A DNA stretch of 62,546 nucleotides from Meiothermus sp. (GTDB taxonomy: Bacteria; Deinococcota; Deinococci; Deinococcales; Thermaceae): contig JANRLD010000088.1 in the NCBI GenBank assembly GCA_033762915.1, positions 1 to 62,546 on the forward strand, given 5' to 3'. A program made the position numbers and the translations under genes. Of the stretch, positions 51,645-61,414 are shown in pieces; position 1 is the stretch's first letter, and each line of letters starts with the position of its first letter. The notes under the pieces were generated by a model. That model was not told the DNA's origin. It did no database searches and saw only the letters and a program-made list of their open reading frames with translations.

Positions 51645-52445
51645 ATGTATCCAAACCAAGAAGTCCGGGAGATCGTAGAGGTCGCAGTGGCCGGAGTCCG
51701 GGAGACGCTGGAGGGCGACCTCTACGGTATCTACCTGCGCGGCTCGCTGGTGCTGGGCGACTTCAACCCCGAGACCTCGGATGTGGATCTGCTAATCGTG
51801 GTCGGCCGCGACCTTGGCGCGGCCGATTTCGAGCGGCTGGACACGATGCACCACCGCATCCAGCGCCTGCCCAACCGCTACGCCAACGAGGTCGAGCTGG
51901 CCTACGTCCCGCTGGCCGACATCAACGGCTTTCGGCCGGGCAAACGGTACATCTCCCTCGAGCGGGGCGAGGGGCTGCGCTGGAAGGTGTTGCGGCACAA
52001 CTGGGCCGTGGAGTTCTGGGGCGTGCGCGAACATGGCGTTGCCCTCTTCGGCCCCGAGCCCAGGCGCTTCATCGAGCCGATCCCGCTGGAGCATGTGGTG
52101 GAGGCCATCCGCCTCGAGCTATCCGCCTGGCAGGAATGGGCGGACAGCCCCGAAGACCCCGGCTGGCACGCTACGCGGGGCACCCTGCGCTTCGCGGTGG
52201 AGACCATGTGCCGGGTGCTGTACAGCCTCGATCGCAATGAGCTATGCAGCAAGCCGGTGGCGGTGGCGTGGGCGCTGCGGCAGCTCGAGCAGCCCTGGAA
52301 GGCGCTGGTACAAGAGTCCCAGGGCTGGGGGTCGCAGCCGAGCGAGCCCGGTACGGCGGGGCGCACACAGGTCTTCATCCGCTGGGTCGTGCACCGTGCC
52401 CGGGGGCTCGAGGGGTCAGATGAGCGGCCCCCAAAGGGACCTTGA
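51645..52445 (+). CDS. Nucleotidyltransferase, aminoglycoside adenylyltransferase-like (DUF4111 type)
   Basis: YLRGSLVLGDFNPETSDVDLL (GS..DxD), CRVLYSL....CSKP.A..WAL. Confidence 0.75.
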   Translation: MYPNQEVREIVEVAVAGVRETLEGDLYGIYLRGSLVLGDFNPETSDVDLLIVVGRDLGAADFERLDTMHHRIQRLPNRYANEVELAYVPLADINGFRPGKRYISLERGEGLRWKVLRHNWAVEFWGVREHGVALFGPEPRRFIEPIPLEHVVEAIRLELSAWQEWADSPEDPGWHATRGTLRFAVETMCRVLYSLDRNELCSKPVAVAWALRQLEQPWKALVQESQGWGSQPSEPGTAGRTQVFIRWVVHRARGLEGSDERPPKGP

Positions 52446-52524
52446 GCTGCCGGTTGGTCTGTGGTCAGAAGCATTTTGGGCTTGGCTCAGCTTTTCTGCC
52501 TAAGGTTGGGGGAGGAGGTGAGCG

Positions 52525-53046
52525 ATGAGGAAGCGACTTTTGGTCCTTGTAACCCTCGGTGCGGCCGCCCTGGCGGGGTGCGGGCTGCTCCCCGGCGTGG
52601 GCGGTCAGCAGGTGCTGGGCTCGTTCGCGGGCAACTGGGGCACGGTGAATCAGGCCAAGGTGCGCCTGGCCCTGGTGGGCATCGGGCAAGGCGGTCTGCC
52701 CACCTACGACAACCAGCAAGAAATCAAGAACATCAACCAGTTCCGCAGCTACGTCCTCGAGCTGCCCACCAGCGCGGCCGAGGGGGCCTACCGGGTCTAC
52801 GCCTACTGCGACAGCAACAGCGACAGCCGCATCGGAGTTAACGAGACCATCGCCGATAGCGGCAGCAAGTACCTGCTGTACTCCAGCGCCGAGGGTACCC
52901 GGACCTTCTTTCTGGTAGGTGCCCCGGCAACGAGCCTGGCGGTAAAGCGGGGCTGGAACGGCTACGACTCCACCGCCTCCGCCGCCCCCTTCCAGGGCGA
53001 GAGCTACCCTGGCTACGACCTAAACCTCAGCGGAAGCTGCAGCTAG
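52525..53046 (+). CDS. Hypothetical lipoprotein
   Basis: Lipobox LAGC; GGAGG RBS. Confidence 0.78.
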   Translation: MRKRLLVLVTLGAAALAGCGLLPGVGGQQVLGSFAGNWGTVNQAKVRLALVGIGQGGLPTYDNQQEIKNINQFRSYVLELPTSAAEGAYRVYAYCDSNSDSRIGVNETIADSGSKYLLYSSAEGTRTFFLVGAPATSLAVKRGWNGYDSTASAAPFQGESYPGYDLNLSGSCS

Positions 53047-53063
53047 ACCGTTCTACCAGCCCA

Positions 53064-53089
53064 GAACCCCCGCCGTCGGGCGGGGGTTC
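53064..53089. terminator. GC-rich hairpin after the lipoprotein gene
   Basis: gaacccccgcc-gtcg-ggcgggggttc. Confidence 0.55.
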
Positions 53090-53167
53090 GCCGTAAGGGC
53101 CAAATGCGGCGGGCCTCGAGGAGCTCGTCAACCTGCCCAGACCTCCGTCGGCTGCTACAATTGACCC

Positions 53168-53566
53168 GTGTCCCAGACCCCCGAGCACATCCTAGAGCAG
53201 CTCCGCGCCCTGCTCGCCAACGCCTACGTGCCGTATTCACACTACCCCGTGGCCGCCGTGATCCGGTCCGGCTCGGGCCAACTCTACTCGGGCGTCAACG
53301 TAGAGAACGCCGCCTACCCCATGACCCGTTGCGCCGAGCAGTCGGCGGTGCAGGGCATGGTCACGGCGGGGGAGCAGAGAATCGACGAGGTCTGGATCAT
53401 GACCCGGGGCAAGAGGGCCGGAACCCCCTGCGGAGGCTGCCGCCAGGTGCTGTCGGAGTTCGGTGAGCCCGAAGTGAAGGTTCACTGCTACACCGAAGAC
53501 GGCCTCGAGTTCCATACCACCATCGGCGAACTGCTGCCCGACGCCTTTGGGCCGAAGTACCTCTGA
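53168..53566 (+). CDS. cdd: Cytidine deaminase
   Basis: AYVPYS.YPV.A, G.NVENAAY, CAEQ, PCGGCRQ. Confidence 0.93.
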   Translation: MSQTPEHILEQLRALLANAYVPYSHYPVAAVIRSGSGQLYSGVNVENAAYPMTRCAEQSAVQGMVTAGEQRIDEVWIMTRGKRAGTPCGGCRQVLSEFGEPEVKVHCYTEDGLEFHTTIGELLPDAFGPKYL

Positions 53567-53709
53567 CGGGAAGGGAAAAACAGCATTCGGACAGCAGTGT
53601 AATACCGAATCAACGTAAACACTGATGCATCAGTTTTCCCGAGGTATCGTCAGAGACGAAAATCTGCGCGAAATGAAGGGATGCATTCAGGGCAATTCGG
53701 TATGAGAGA

Positions 53710-53981
53710 AGTTCCCACGCATACTCCCTACGGCGCTAAAACAGGCGGTTTTTTCTGTAGAGCGGTTGCCACGAACACACGGTATGGCAAAAACCGCCAT
53801 ACCGTGTGCACTACTCCGCTGATTCTGTTGGCGAACTCCAAATCTGGGCGATAAAGCGAGGATCGAGATACCGATGAAGACACGACTTCTCGAGTTGCAC
53901 CCCGACTTCGCCAACAGAATCTCCGCTTTAGCGCACGCTTTAGCACAGTACCCTGGGCGGAGTATGGGTGGGACACGCGAT
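53710..53981 (+). repeat. REP-like modular repeat, family A, plus long inverted repeat
   Basis: gttcccacgcatactccctacggcgctaaa, agcggttgccacgaacac hairpin, gattctgttggcga...tcgccaacagaatc, gggcggagtatgggtggga. Confidence 0.78.
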
Positions 53982-54096
53982 CAGACCCGGCCTCAAAAGG
54001 TCCTGGGCAATGGGGCACCCGGGTGCAGCTTTCGCCGGACGGGCAAAGACTGGCACTACGTGCATGCGGCCACTGCCCTCCTTGCTGTTCTCTCCC

Positions 54097-54882
54097 CTAC
54101 CTTAACGCCCCCTCGAGAACCGAGACCACGGGCCGGTCGAAAATTCCCGGGATCAGGGCACGGAAGTCGGTCTGGATGCTCACCCCGCCGAAGCCCGGCA
54201 GGCCGGTCAGCTGAACCCGGAACTCGCCCTGGCTGGTCTGGCCCGGGGCAAGGTTGAGGTTGAGGCCGGCCTGACCGACCTCGCGCCCGCCGATGCTTAC
54301 GCGCATGGGGCCCTGCAGCGCGAAGCCAATGATGTTGGAGTTGACCGCCTGCAGGCTGAACACCAGCGCGAGCCCGTCGAGCCTTACTGCGGTGATGCGG
54401 AGCTGGGGCAGGCTGAAGTTGAGCGAAATTTGCACGTCGCGGTCGAGCAGAGTGGCCGGACCGACGGTAGTGCGCGCACCCAGCAAGGTCACGTTCAGCT
54501 CACCCAGCAAGCGGAAGCGCGTGGCCTGACCGCCGACCAGGCTGGCCAGCGCCCGGGTCGCGTCCGCCACCGGCACGCTTAGTCGGGTTTGCACGTCGCG
54601 GGACTGGCCCGAGGGGATGTCGACCGCCGGAATGCCCATCCGGAACTGAACACCGCCCAGCTCGGCGGTGAGGGTGGAGTCCAGCAGGGGCAGCCCGAAG
54701 CCGTTGGGGTTGGTCAGGCGCAAGTTGACGTTGAATTCAGCCCGCCCGCTGAAGGGGTCGAGCGAGACGAGGCCGAAAGCGAGCAGCTGCACCTGCGGCG
54801 GCTGGGGGCGGGCGGCTTGGGGTATACAGGCGGTGATGGCGAACAGCAGTGCGGCGAGCAACGGCAACGTCCAACGCTTCAT
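54097..54882 (-). CDS. LEA_2/WHy domain lipoprotein (two domains)
   Basis: Lipobox ITAC; L.LTNPNGFGLP and VNSNIIGF motifs. Confidence 0.72.
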   Translation of the reverse strand: MKRWTLPLLAALLFAITACIPQAARPQPPQVQLLAFGLVSLDPFSGRAEFNVNLRLTNPNGFGLPLLDSTLTAELGGVQFRMGIPAVDIPSGQSRDVQTRLSVPVADATRALASLVGGQATRFRLLGELNVTLLGARTTVGPATLLDRDVQISLNFSLPQLRITAVRLDGLALVFSLQAVNSNIIGFALQGPMRVSIGGREVGQAGLNLNLAPGQTSQGEFRVQLTGLPGFGGVSIQTDFRALIPGIFDRPVVSVLEGALR

Positions 54883-54940
54883 GGTTTCCTCCGACACCCC
54901 AGCCTACCGGTGTCGCCCCCGTTTCGTGGTTTATCCTGCC

Positions 54941-55801
54941 TTAACCCACCAGCCAGCCCTCGGCCTTGAACTCGTCCAGCAGGGGTTTGAAAGCGCCCCA
55001 GGCTGGGCTCTCGGCGGGGTAGGGCGGGCGCGGGTAGCCGCCCGGCAGCCCCAGGTAGCGGAAGGCCTGCTTGAGCAGCACGAATCCGCCCTGAGCCAGC
55101 ACCCGACCGAAGGGCTCGAGCCGCCCCTGCATGGCCTGCGCTGCCTTCAGGTCGCCCTGCTCCCAGGCCGTGAGCAGCATCTTGAAGGGCTTGGGTGCGA
55201 GGTTGGAGACGGCCAATACCCCTCCGTGCGCCCCCAGCCCCAGCGCCCCTAGGAAGGTGGGGGCGTGGCCGGTGTACAGCCGGATATCGAGCTTCTGGGC
55301 TGAGTAAAAGGCCATACGGGCCAGCTCGCCGCTGCTGTCTTTGATTCCGGTGATGTTGGGGTGCTTGGAAAGCTCGGCCACCACCGGCAGCGGCATGGGA
55401 GATTTTGTGGCCTGGGGCACGTGATACAGCCAGACCTCGGCCTTGCCCGCATCGGCCAAGCCGCCAAAGTAGCGCAGCAGCCCTTCGTTGCCCAGGTTCG
55501 ACTCGAAGTAGCGCGGCGGCGTCACCAGCGCCTTGGCGCCCAGCCCCGCGACCTCCTCGAGCGCGATCTCGGCCTGCGGTAGCGACTCCTCCATCAGCCC
55601 AACCCAGACCGGTTTTCTCGCACTCTGCACCGCCAGCCCGGCGGCCCGCTCTTCGCGGGTCAGGTGGACCCCTTCACCGTTGGAGCCGTAGAACAGAAGG
55701 CCGTCGACATGAGGCTCGAGCAGTTGGGCCAGGGCCTTGAAACCCTCGAGGTCGAGTTTGCCTTTGGAGTCGAAGGGGGTAACCAGCGGGGGGATCAGCA
55801 T
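54941..55801 (-). CDS. Dihydrodipicolinate synthase/NAL family aldolase
   Basis: PPLVTPF, GSNGEG, LYHVP, GIKDSSG (Schiff-base Lys). Confidence 0.88.
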   Translation of the reverse strand: MLIPPLVTPFDSKGKLDLEGFKALAQLLEPHVDGLLFYGSNGEGVHLTREERAAGLAVQSARKPVWVGLMEESLPQAEIALEEVAGLGAKALVTPPRYFESNLGNEGLLRYFGGLADAGKAEVWLYHVPQATKSPMPLPVVAELSKHPNITGIKDSSGELARMAFYSAQKLDIRLYTGHAPTFLGALGLGAHGGVLAVSNLAPKPFKMLLTAWEQGDLKAAQAMQGRLEPFGRVLAQGGFVLLKQAFRYLGLPGGYPRPPYPAESPAWGAFKPLLDEFKAEGWLVG

Positions 55802-55885
55802 GAGCTACAGCATAGTGAGAATAGGGGAAAGATAAAAGGGGAAGTGGCCAAAGACGCCCCAAATGCCTCTAGGCTCCCCGGCTGC

Positions 55886-58096
55886 TCACCTTCTGGCCAG
55901 CCCCACCCACAAGCCCAGGTGCGCCGCCAGCATCACCCCAGCCAACACCCAGCCGCCGACCGAACCGCCCAGACCCAGCCAGACCCCGGCCCCGAAGAGC
56001 AACAGGATGGTCAGGCCCCAGCCCTGGCTGTAGGTGGGGCTGCCGGGGAAGAGGAGCTGGACCCCCCTTCGCCAGCCAGGGTTGTCCTGGGCAGTTTTGG
56101 GACGAGGGACGAAGAAGCACAGGAGGTGGTAGAGGGTCAGCACGATGATCAGGATCGCGACACCCCAGGCGAAGGCGGCGTTGGGCCAGATGGGGAGATC
56201 GCGCCAGGCCGCGAGGTAGTCGTCGGGCAGGCTCACCAGGCCGCTCAGGGCGACCGTAGAGGCCACAATCCGGGGGGTAGGGACGGCCTCGCGGGGGATT
56301 CCGGCCTCGCGGTAGACGGGCGTCCAGAGGTCGCCGCCGGTACCCAGGATTTCCCGAACCGCCGGGGAGCCGGGGGCCTGGCGTTCGGCCTGGGCGATCG
56401 CGGCAGGGGTGCCCCGGCCCAGCAAAACGTAGGTCCAGTCCGGAGCCGAGTCGAAGAGGCGCCGGGCCTCCTCGGGGTTCTCACGAGCCACCGCGTAGCC
56501 CAACAGGCCGCGCATGGCCGCCGAGCTGGCGAAGCCGCGCAGGGTCTCCTGGGCCGCGCTCGAGCGCAGCGTGCCCCGGTTGAGGCTGTCCTGGGCCGCC
56601 AGGGCCTCTGAGCGCTGCAAGAAACCCCAGCCCAGCAGCGAGACCGCCGCCAGCACGAACAGCATCAGCAGCAAGAAGCGCTCGCCCAGCGTGGTGTAGG
56701 CCAGCATGCTGTGCCTTAGCCGCAGCAGCGGGTGGCGCAGCCAGCCCAGCAGCCAGCCGCCCGACTGGGCCACCCCGCGCATCTGGCTGGGGAGGTACAT
56801 CAGAGCCAGGTAGAGCAGCAGCAGGGCGTACAGGCCCAGCAGCACCCAGGCCAGGTTGGCTAAAGTGCGGGAGTCGAAGGGGTTTTTCCAGGCCCCGATC
56901 TGGCGCTGGGCCTCGCGGTAGCGGGTGGCCAGGTCGGCGCGGCCCTGGGCCTCGAGCCAACCGGTCTGGTCGGCCAGCATGGCCCGCACGCCCGGGGCTT
57001 GGGGCATGTAGCGCACGAAGAACTCCGACCACTGCAGGCTCTTCTCCAGCCCCGCGCCCCGCGCCTGCGACACCTGGGCCAGCCAGGGCTGGAGCCAGCG
57101 CATCACCCCGCTTCCCCAGGACAGCTCGGGCCGGTGGCCGCGCAGCAACAGGTCGCGCCCGGCAGCCTCGAGCTCGGCCGCGCCCAGGCTGGCGGGCTCC
57201 TGAGTGAAGTAGTACCAGTAGGGACGCTCCTCGGCGGGGCTCTCGTCGAGGCGGAGGGCGTTGTTTTCGCGCAGGGTGCGGAAGTAGTCGCGAATCACCT
57301 CGAGGCTCTCCCACCTGCCCTCGTAGGGGCGGCCCGCCAGCGCACTCAGGCTAAGGCGGCGGTTGTCATCGAGCACCAGCGCCACCTCGGGGTCAGTCTC
57401 GACTGCCCGCACTTCCAACGGCGCGTAGTGCTGGGCGACCACGGCGGGCCGGCTCAGGTCGATCTCGAGTACCAGCGGCCCCTGCCAGATGAAGGCCCGC
57501 TCCCCAATGAGGCGCGGGCCGTTCCACCGGCCCACCAGGGGCAACCGCCAGCCCCCGATCAGCAGGCCGTCGGGGCGTAGGGCGGGAGCCTGGGATTGCG
57601 GGGCGGGGGTGGCCTGGGGCGCGGCCGGGGGGGCCTGCTGAGGCTCGGCGGGCGCGGCCGGGGGAGCGGTCTGGGTGGGGGGTGCGTCCGGCTGAGCCTG
57701 ATTCGCCGGGGCGCTCGGCGGTGTAGAGGGGCTTGGCTGAGGTGCTTGGGCCGGGTCGGGAGTCGTGGGCGGCGCGGCGGGCGCGGGCGTGGCCGAGGCC
57801 GGGGGTGTGGCGGCCTGGAGCACCTGAGTCTGGGTCTCGATCACCCCTACCCGGAAGCGGTAGAGGCCAGGGCTGCCGGGCGTAAAGCTCTGGCTGAAGC
57901 CGCCCCCGGTAGCCTCGATCTCGACAGTGGAACCGCCGCCCGAGGGCTCCTCGATCTGAAGGATGTAGCGACCGGGCGAGAAGTTGCTGCCCTGCACGGT
58001 CAGGGCCTCCCCCACCCTGCCCTGCGGCGAAACGCTGAGGGTCTGGGCAAACACCAACCCCAGGCCCACCAATACCGCCAAAAAGCGCCAGGTCAT
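55886..58096 (-). CDS. Hypothetical multi-pass membrane protein with Pro/Ala linker
   Basis: Signal peptide GLVFAQ, Ig-like N-terminus, P/A/Q-rich linker, several TMs. TAGAAT -10 before the ATG. Confidence 0.75.
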   Translation of the reverse strand: MTWRFLAVLVGLGLVFAQTLSVSPQGRVGEALTVQGSNFSPGRYILQIEEPSGGGSTVEIEATGGGFSQSFTPGSPGLYRFRVGVIETQTQVLQAATPPASATPAPAAPPTTPDPAQAPQPSPSTPPSAPANQAQPDAPPTQTAPPAAPAEPQQAPPAAPQATPAPQSQAPALRPDGLLIGGWRLPLVGRWNGPRLIGERAFIWQGPLVLEIDLSRPAVVAQHYAPLEVRAVETDPEVALVLDDNRRLSLSALAGRPYEGRWESLEVIRDYFRTLRENNALRLDESPAEERPYWYYFTQEPASLGAAELEAAGRDLLLRGHRPELSWGSGVMRWLQPWLAQVSQARGAGLEKSLQWSEFFVRYMPQAPGVRAMLADQTGWLEAQGRADLATRYREAQRQIGAWKNPFDSRTLANLAWVLLGLYALLLLYLALMYLPSQMRGVAQSGGWLLGWLRHPLLRLRHSMLAYTTLGERFLLLMLFVLAAVSLLGWGFLQRSEALAAQDSLNRGTLRSSAAQETLRGFASSAAMRGLLGYAVARENPEEARRLFDSAPDWTYVLLGRGTPAAIAQAERQAPGSPAVREILGTGGDLWTPVYREAGIPREAVPTPRIVASTVALSGLVSLPDDYLAAWRDLPIWPNAAFAWGVAILIIVLTLYHLLCFFVPRPKTAQDNPGWRRGVQLLFPGSPTYSQGWGLTILLLFGAGVWLGLGGSVGGWVLAGVMLAAHLGLWVGLARR

Positions 58097-58225
58097 GCGC
58101 CATTCTAAACACAGCCGACTTACGGCTTTATGTGAAGGGGGCGAGGGCGCTGGCCTCGAGCTATACTGTGGCGGGGTGTGCATCACACCCCCGTATGTTT
58201 TTTGATGTCTGGAGGAAGGTCTGTA

Positions 58226-58705
58226 ATGGCGGACAAGAAGCCCGTTCAACTAACCCAAGAAGGCAAGCAGCGCCTCGAGCAAGAGCTGGCCTACCTGAAA
58301 ACTGACCGCCGCGCCCAGATCGCCGAAGAGATGGGGCGGGCCATCGCCGAGGGCGACCTGCGCGAGAACGCTGGCTATGACGAGGCGCGGCGCAACATGT
58401 GGCAGAACGACGCCAGAATTGCCGAACTCGAGGACTTGCTCACCCGCGTGCAGATCGTCAGCCACGGCACCGGCCAGGCCAAGGAGGTCGGGCTAGGGGT
58501 CAGCGTCCACCTCGAGGACACCACCGGCACCCGCAAGACCTACGTGATCGTGGGCAGCCACGAGGCCGACATCTTCAACGGCAGGATCTCTGCCGAGTCG
58601 CCCTTCGGGACCGCCTTGATGGGCAAAAAAGTCGGAGAAAAGGTGGATGTAAAGAGCCCCAAGGGGGTTCAGACCTTTACCGTGGTTGAGCTGGTTTACA
58701 CCTGA
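58226..58705 (+). CDS. greA: Transcription elongation factor GreA
   Basis: EGDLRENAGYDEAR, ISAESPFGTALMGK. GGAGG RBS. Confidence 0.92.
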   Translation: MADKKPVQLTQEGKQRLEQELAYLKTDRRAQIAEEMGRAIAEGDLRENAGYDEARRNMWQNDARIAELEDLLTRVQIVSHGTGQAKEVGLGVSVHLEDTTGTRKTYVIVGSHEADIFNGRISAESPFGTALMGKKVGEKVDVKSPKGVQTFTVVELVYT

Positions 58706-60192
58706 GGTGCCGCCCCGGCTCGAGGCCCGCTGGCCCGGCCACCCAGCCGGGCCAGCACCAGCTCTGCCACCCGTTCCCCGCCCATCGCCACAGCAGGCAC
58801 CGACTGGCCGGGGAAGACGGTCTCCCCCACCCGAAGCACGTTGGCGAAGCGGGTACGCGGGGAGGGCGTGCGCAGCGGGTGTACCTGCGGATAGCCGCCC
58901 ACCCAGCCGTCCTGGCGCCGGGTGTAGAAGGCGTAGGTTCGCGGGGTGCCGCCCAGTATGAGGGTTGCCGCCCCGCGAAAGCCGGGCAGGACGCGCTCCA
59001 CCTGCTGCTCTACCTGGGCCTGCAGCGCCCGTTTCTTGGCCTCGTACTCCTCCTGGCCCAGGCTGCGCCATTCGTCCAGGGCGGTGTGGATAGAGGCCGA
59101 GAGCACCCTCGAGCCGACCGGACTCCGGGTCTGGTCTGAGGCATCGGACAGGCTGATAAAGGTCCACTCGCCCTCGCCCGCCCACTGGCGGTAGGGCGCG
59201 CCGGGCGGAACCAGATCGGCAGGCACCAGCGCGTGCAGCATGAAGGCCCCCCAGCCGTCTTTGGGCGGGGTCAGGGGCCTGGGGCGGGGGGCCAGGGCCT
59301 CGAGGTCGGCCGGGGTCAGGTTGGCGAGGACCAAGTCGGCCTCGAAAACTTCGGTCTGCCCGCGCCTTTTTCCGCCCAGCACGGCCTCGACCGCCTTCAC
59401 CCTGGAGCCCTCGAGCCGCAGATGCTGCACCCGGTGACGGTACAACACCCGGCCGCCGTGCTCCGCCACTGCCCGAGCCAGGGTCTCGGCAATTGCCCCC
59501 ATTCCTCCCACGGGCATGGCTGGGCCGCGGTGCGGCAGATCCAACGCGGCAGCCCCAAACAGCGCGTAGGTGTGGTCGGCGTCGGCCTGCGAGGCGATCA
59601 GCAGTTGGGCGTCCAGAAAGCGCCTGAAGGCCGGGTCGGGCGGGGCGTGGCTCGAGGTGCGCCGCAGGAAGTCGGCCAGGATTCCGGGCAGGTCGAGGGC
59701 GTTCTGCCCGGCCCACGGCAGACCTTTTCGCGCCAGCCGCAGCAGCTCACTGAGGTCGGCGGGCGGGAACGGCAGGCCCTCCGCCACCCCCCACAGCGCC
59801 TCGGCCCGCCGGGCCTGCCAACCCCAGAACGCCTCAACGCTCCGCCCAAAAGCCTCGCGCTGGGCCTCGAGCTCAGGCCCCCGGCCCACCGGCCTAACCA
59901 CCCGCCGCCCGCCCGGCAGCCAGACCTCCATCAGCGGCTCGCCCTCGACCAGCCTCCGATGGGGAAAACTCACCCCCAGTTTCCCAGCGAGTTTGGTGAA
60001 CACCCCGGCTCCGTCGAAGCCGGCCAGCAGGGTGGCGCCGGCATCGAAGCGGCCGCCCCGGTGAAAAAAAGTCCCCGCCGAGCCGCCCGGGTAGGTGTGG
60101 TGCTCGAGCACCGTGACCTCGAGGCCGGCCTGCGCCAACAGCGCCGCCGCCGTCAGGCCGCCGACCCCCGCGCCAATGACGACAACCCTCAT
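58696..60192 (-). CDS. Phytoene desaturase-family FAD oxidoreductase (CrtD/CrtI-like)
   Basis: GAGVGGL.AA.LLA, PGGSA..F.R.G..FDAGAT, GGMGAIAE.L, TPRT..FY, GE..FPG. Confidence 0.75.
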   Translation of the reverse strand: MRVVVIGAGVGGLTAAALLAQAGLEVTVLEHHTYPGGSAGTFFHRGGRFDAGATLLAGFDGAGVFTKLAGKLGVSFPHRRLVEGEPLMEVWLPGGRRVVRPVGRGPELEAQREAFGRSVEAFWGWQARRAEALWGVAEGLPFPPADLSELLRLARKGLPWAGQNALDLPGILADFLRRTSSHAPPDPAFRRFLDAQLLIASQADADHTYALFGAAALDLPHRGPAMPVGGMGAIAETLARAVAEHGGRVLYRHRVQHLRLEGSRVKAVEAVLGGKRRGQTEVFEADLVLANLTPADLEALAPRPRPLTPPKDGWGAFMLHALVPADLVPPGAPYRQWAGEGEWTFISLSDASDQTRSPVGSRVLSASIHTALDEWRSLGQEEYEAKKRALQAQVEQQVERVLPGFRGAATLILGGTPRTYAFYTRRQDGWVGGYPQVHPLRTPSPRTRFANVLRVGETVFPGQSVPAVAMGGERVAELVLARLGGRASGPRAGAAPQV

Positions 60193-60265
60193 AACTCGGG
60201 TATCCCGCGCAGGGCGCCGCGCGCGAGCACAGCGCCCTGCCCCACACGGTTGGCCCGCCGCGCCC

Positions 60266-60763
60266 TCATCGCTTCATCTTCCGCACGAACTCGAGCACCA
60301 CGTCGGCGTCGCGGAAGGCGTTGACGCCGCGCCAGATCTGTACGATTTTGCCTTCGGGGCTGACCAGGATGGTATCGCGGTTGTAGAAGCCCAGCACCCC
60401 ACCCACCTCAAACAGGTTGGCCAGTTGGCGTTTGGGGTCGGGGAGCATGGCCCCCCTGAGCGAGAGCTTCTCGATGAAGTCGCACTGCTCGGCGCTGGGG
60501 TCGGCGCTGACCCCGTAGACCTCCACCCCCAGCCGCTCGAACTGGTCGTTCAGCTCGCTGTAGCGCTTGGCCTGGGCAGTGCAACCAGGCGAGAGGGCCT
60601 TGGGGTAAAACCAGAACAGTTGGAAACGCCCCCGCTGCGCGACCGCCCCCAGGTCGAGCGGCTTGCCGTTGGAGTCGGCGACCCTGGGCAAGGCCACGGT
60701 GTCGCCGACCTGAACCGCGAGGGCCTGTGTCAGAAGCAGTGTGATTGCGACCAGCCAGCGCAT
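60266..60763 (-). CDS. Peroxiredoxin (BCP/PrxQ) with signal peptide
   Basis: FYPKALSPGCTAQA, GVSAD. Signal peptide ending ALA. Confidence 0.85.
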   Translation of the reverse strand: MRWLVAITLLLTQALAVQVGDTVALPRVADSNGKPLDLGAVAQRGRFQLFWFYPKALSPGCTAQAKRYSELNDQFERLGVEVYGVSADPSAEQCDFIEKLSLRGAMLPDPKRQLANLFEVGGVLGFYNRDTILVSPEGKIVQIWRGVNAFRDADVVLEFVRKMKR

Positions 60764-60790
60764 CTCGACCTCCTTAATGCGGGGCGAAGG

Positions 60791-61306
60791 CTAAACGCCC
60801 CCGACCTTTAGCTTCGAGGGCTCGGCCCCATACGCCTCTGGCTTGGCCTCGAGGTAGGCCAGCACGGTTTTGGCGTCGGTAAAGGGATTGACATTGCGCC
60901 AGATTTGCTCGACCCTGCCGTCCGACCCGATCAGGATGGTGTCGCGGCTGTACATCCCCAGCATCAGCCCGAAACCCATCCAGCCGCTCACCCCGAAGGC
61001 CTTGCCGATGCTGTGGTCGGCGTCGGGCAGCATGGCTCCCTCGGTGCTGAGCTTGTCGATGAACGCGCACTGCGACGAGGCCGGGTCGGCACTGACCCCG
61101 AACACCTCGACGCCCCGGTCCCGGAAGGCCGGGTGCAGGTCGGCGTAGTACTTACCCTGTGCGGTGCAGCCGCCGGAGTTGGCCTTGGGGTAGAACCACA
61201 GCAGGATGCGCTTCCCTTGCCCCACCAGTTCGGCAAAGTCGACGGGCTTGCCGAATGAGTCCTGAACCTTAATCAGCGGAGCAGGCTGCCCGACCTCGAG
61301 TCTCAT
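60791..61306 (-). CDS. Peroxiredoxin (BCP/PrxQ), cytoplasmic
   Basis: FYPKANSGGCTAQ, GVSAD, RDTILI. Confidence 0.85.
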   Translation of the reverse strand: MRLEVGQPAPLIKVQDSFGKPVDFAELVGQGKRILLWFYPKANSGGCTAQGKYYADLHPAFRDRGVEVFGVSADPASSQCAFIDKLSTEGAMLPDADHSIGKAFGVSGWMGFGLMLGMYSRDTILIGSDGRVEQIWRNVNPFTDAKTVLAYLEAKPEAYGAEPSKLKVGGV

Positions 61307-61371
61307 GGGGCCAGTATGGCCCGCCGGACACGCATCAGGTGTGGGCTATCTTTCGGTCGTGGGGTAAGACA

Positions 61372-61400
61372 GGGCCCTCGAGCCAAGCGCTCGAGGGCCC
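61372..61400. terminator. 12-bp hairpin downstream of the RCC1 protein gene
   Basis: gggccctcgagc-caagc-gctcgagggccc. Confidence 0.6.
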
Positions 61401-61414
61401 CCACATCTCCCGAC

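Noticed and set aside
57590..57820. Low-complexity G-rich tract as a G-quadruplex or repeat element
   Set aside because: Explained by the Pro/Ala-rich linker encoded on the minus strand.
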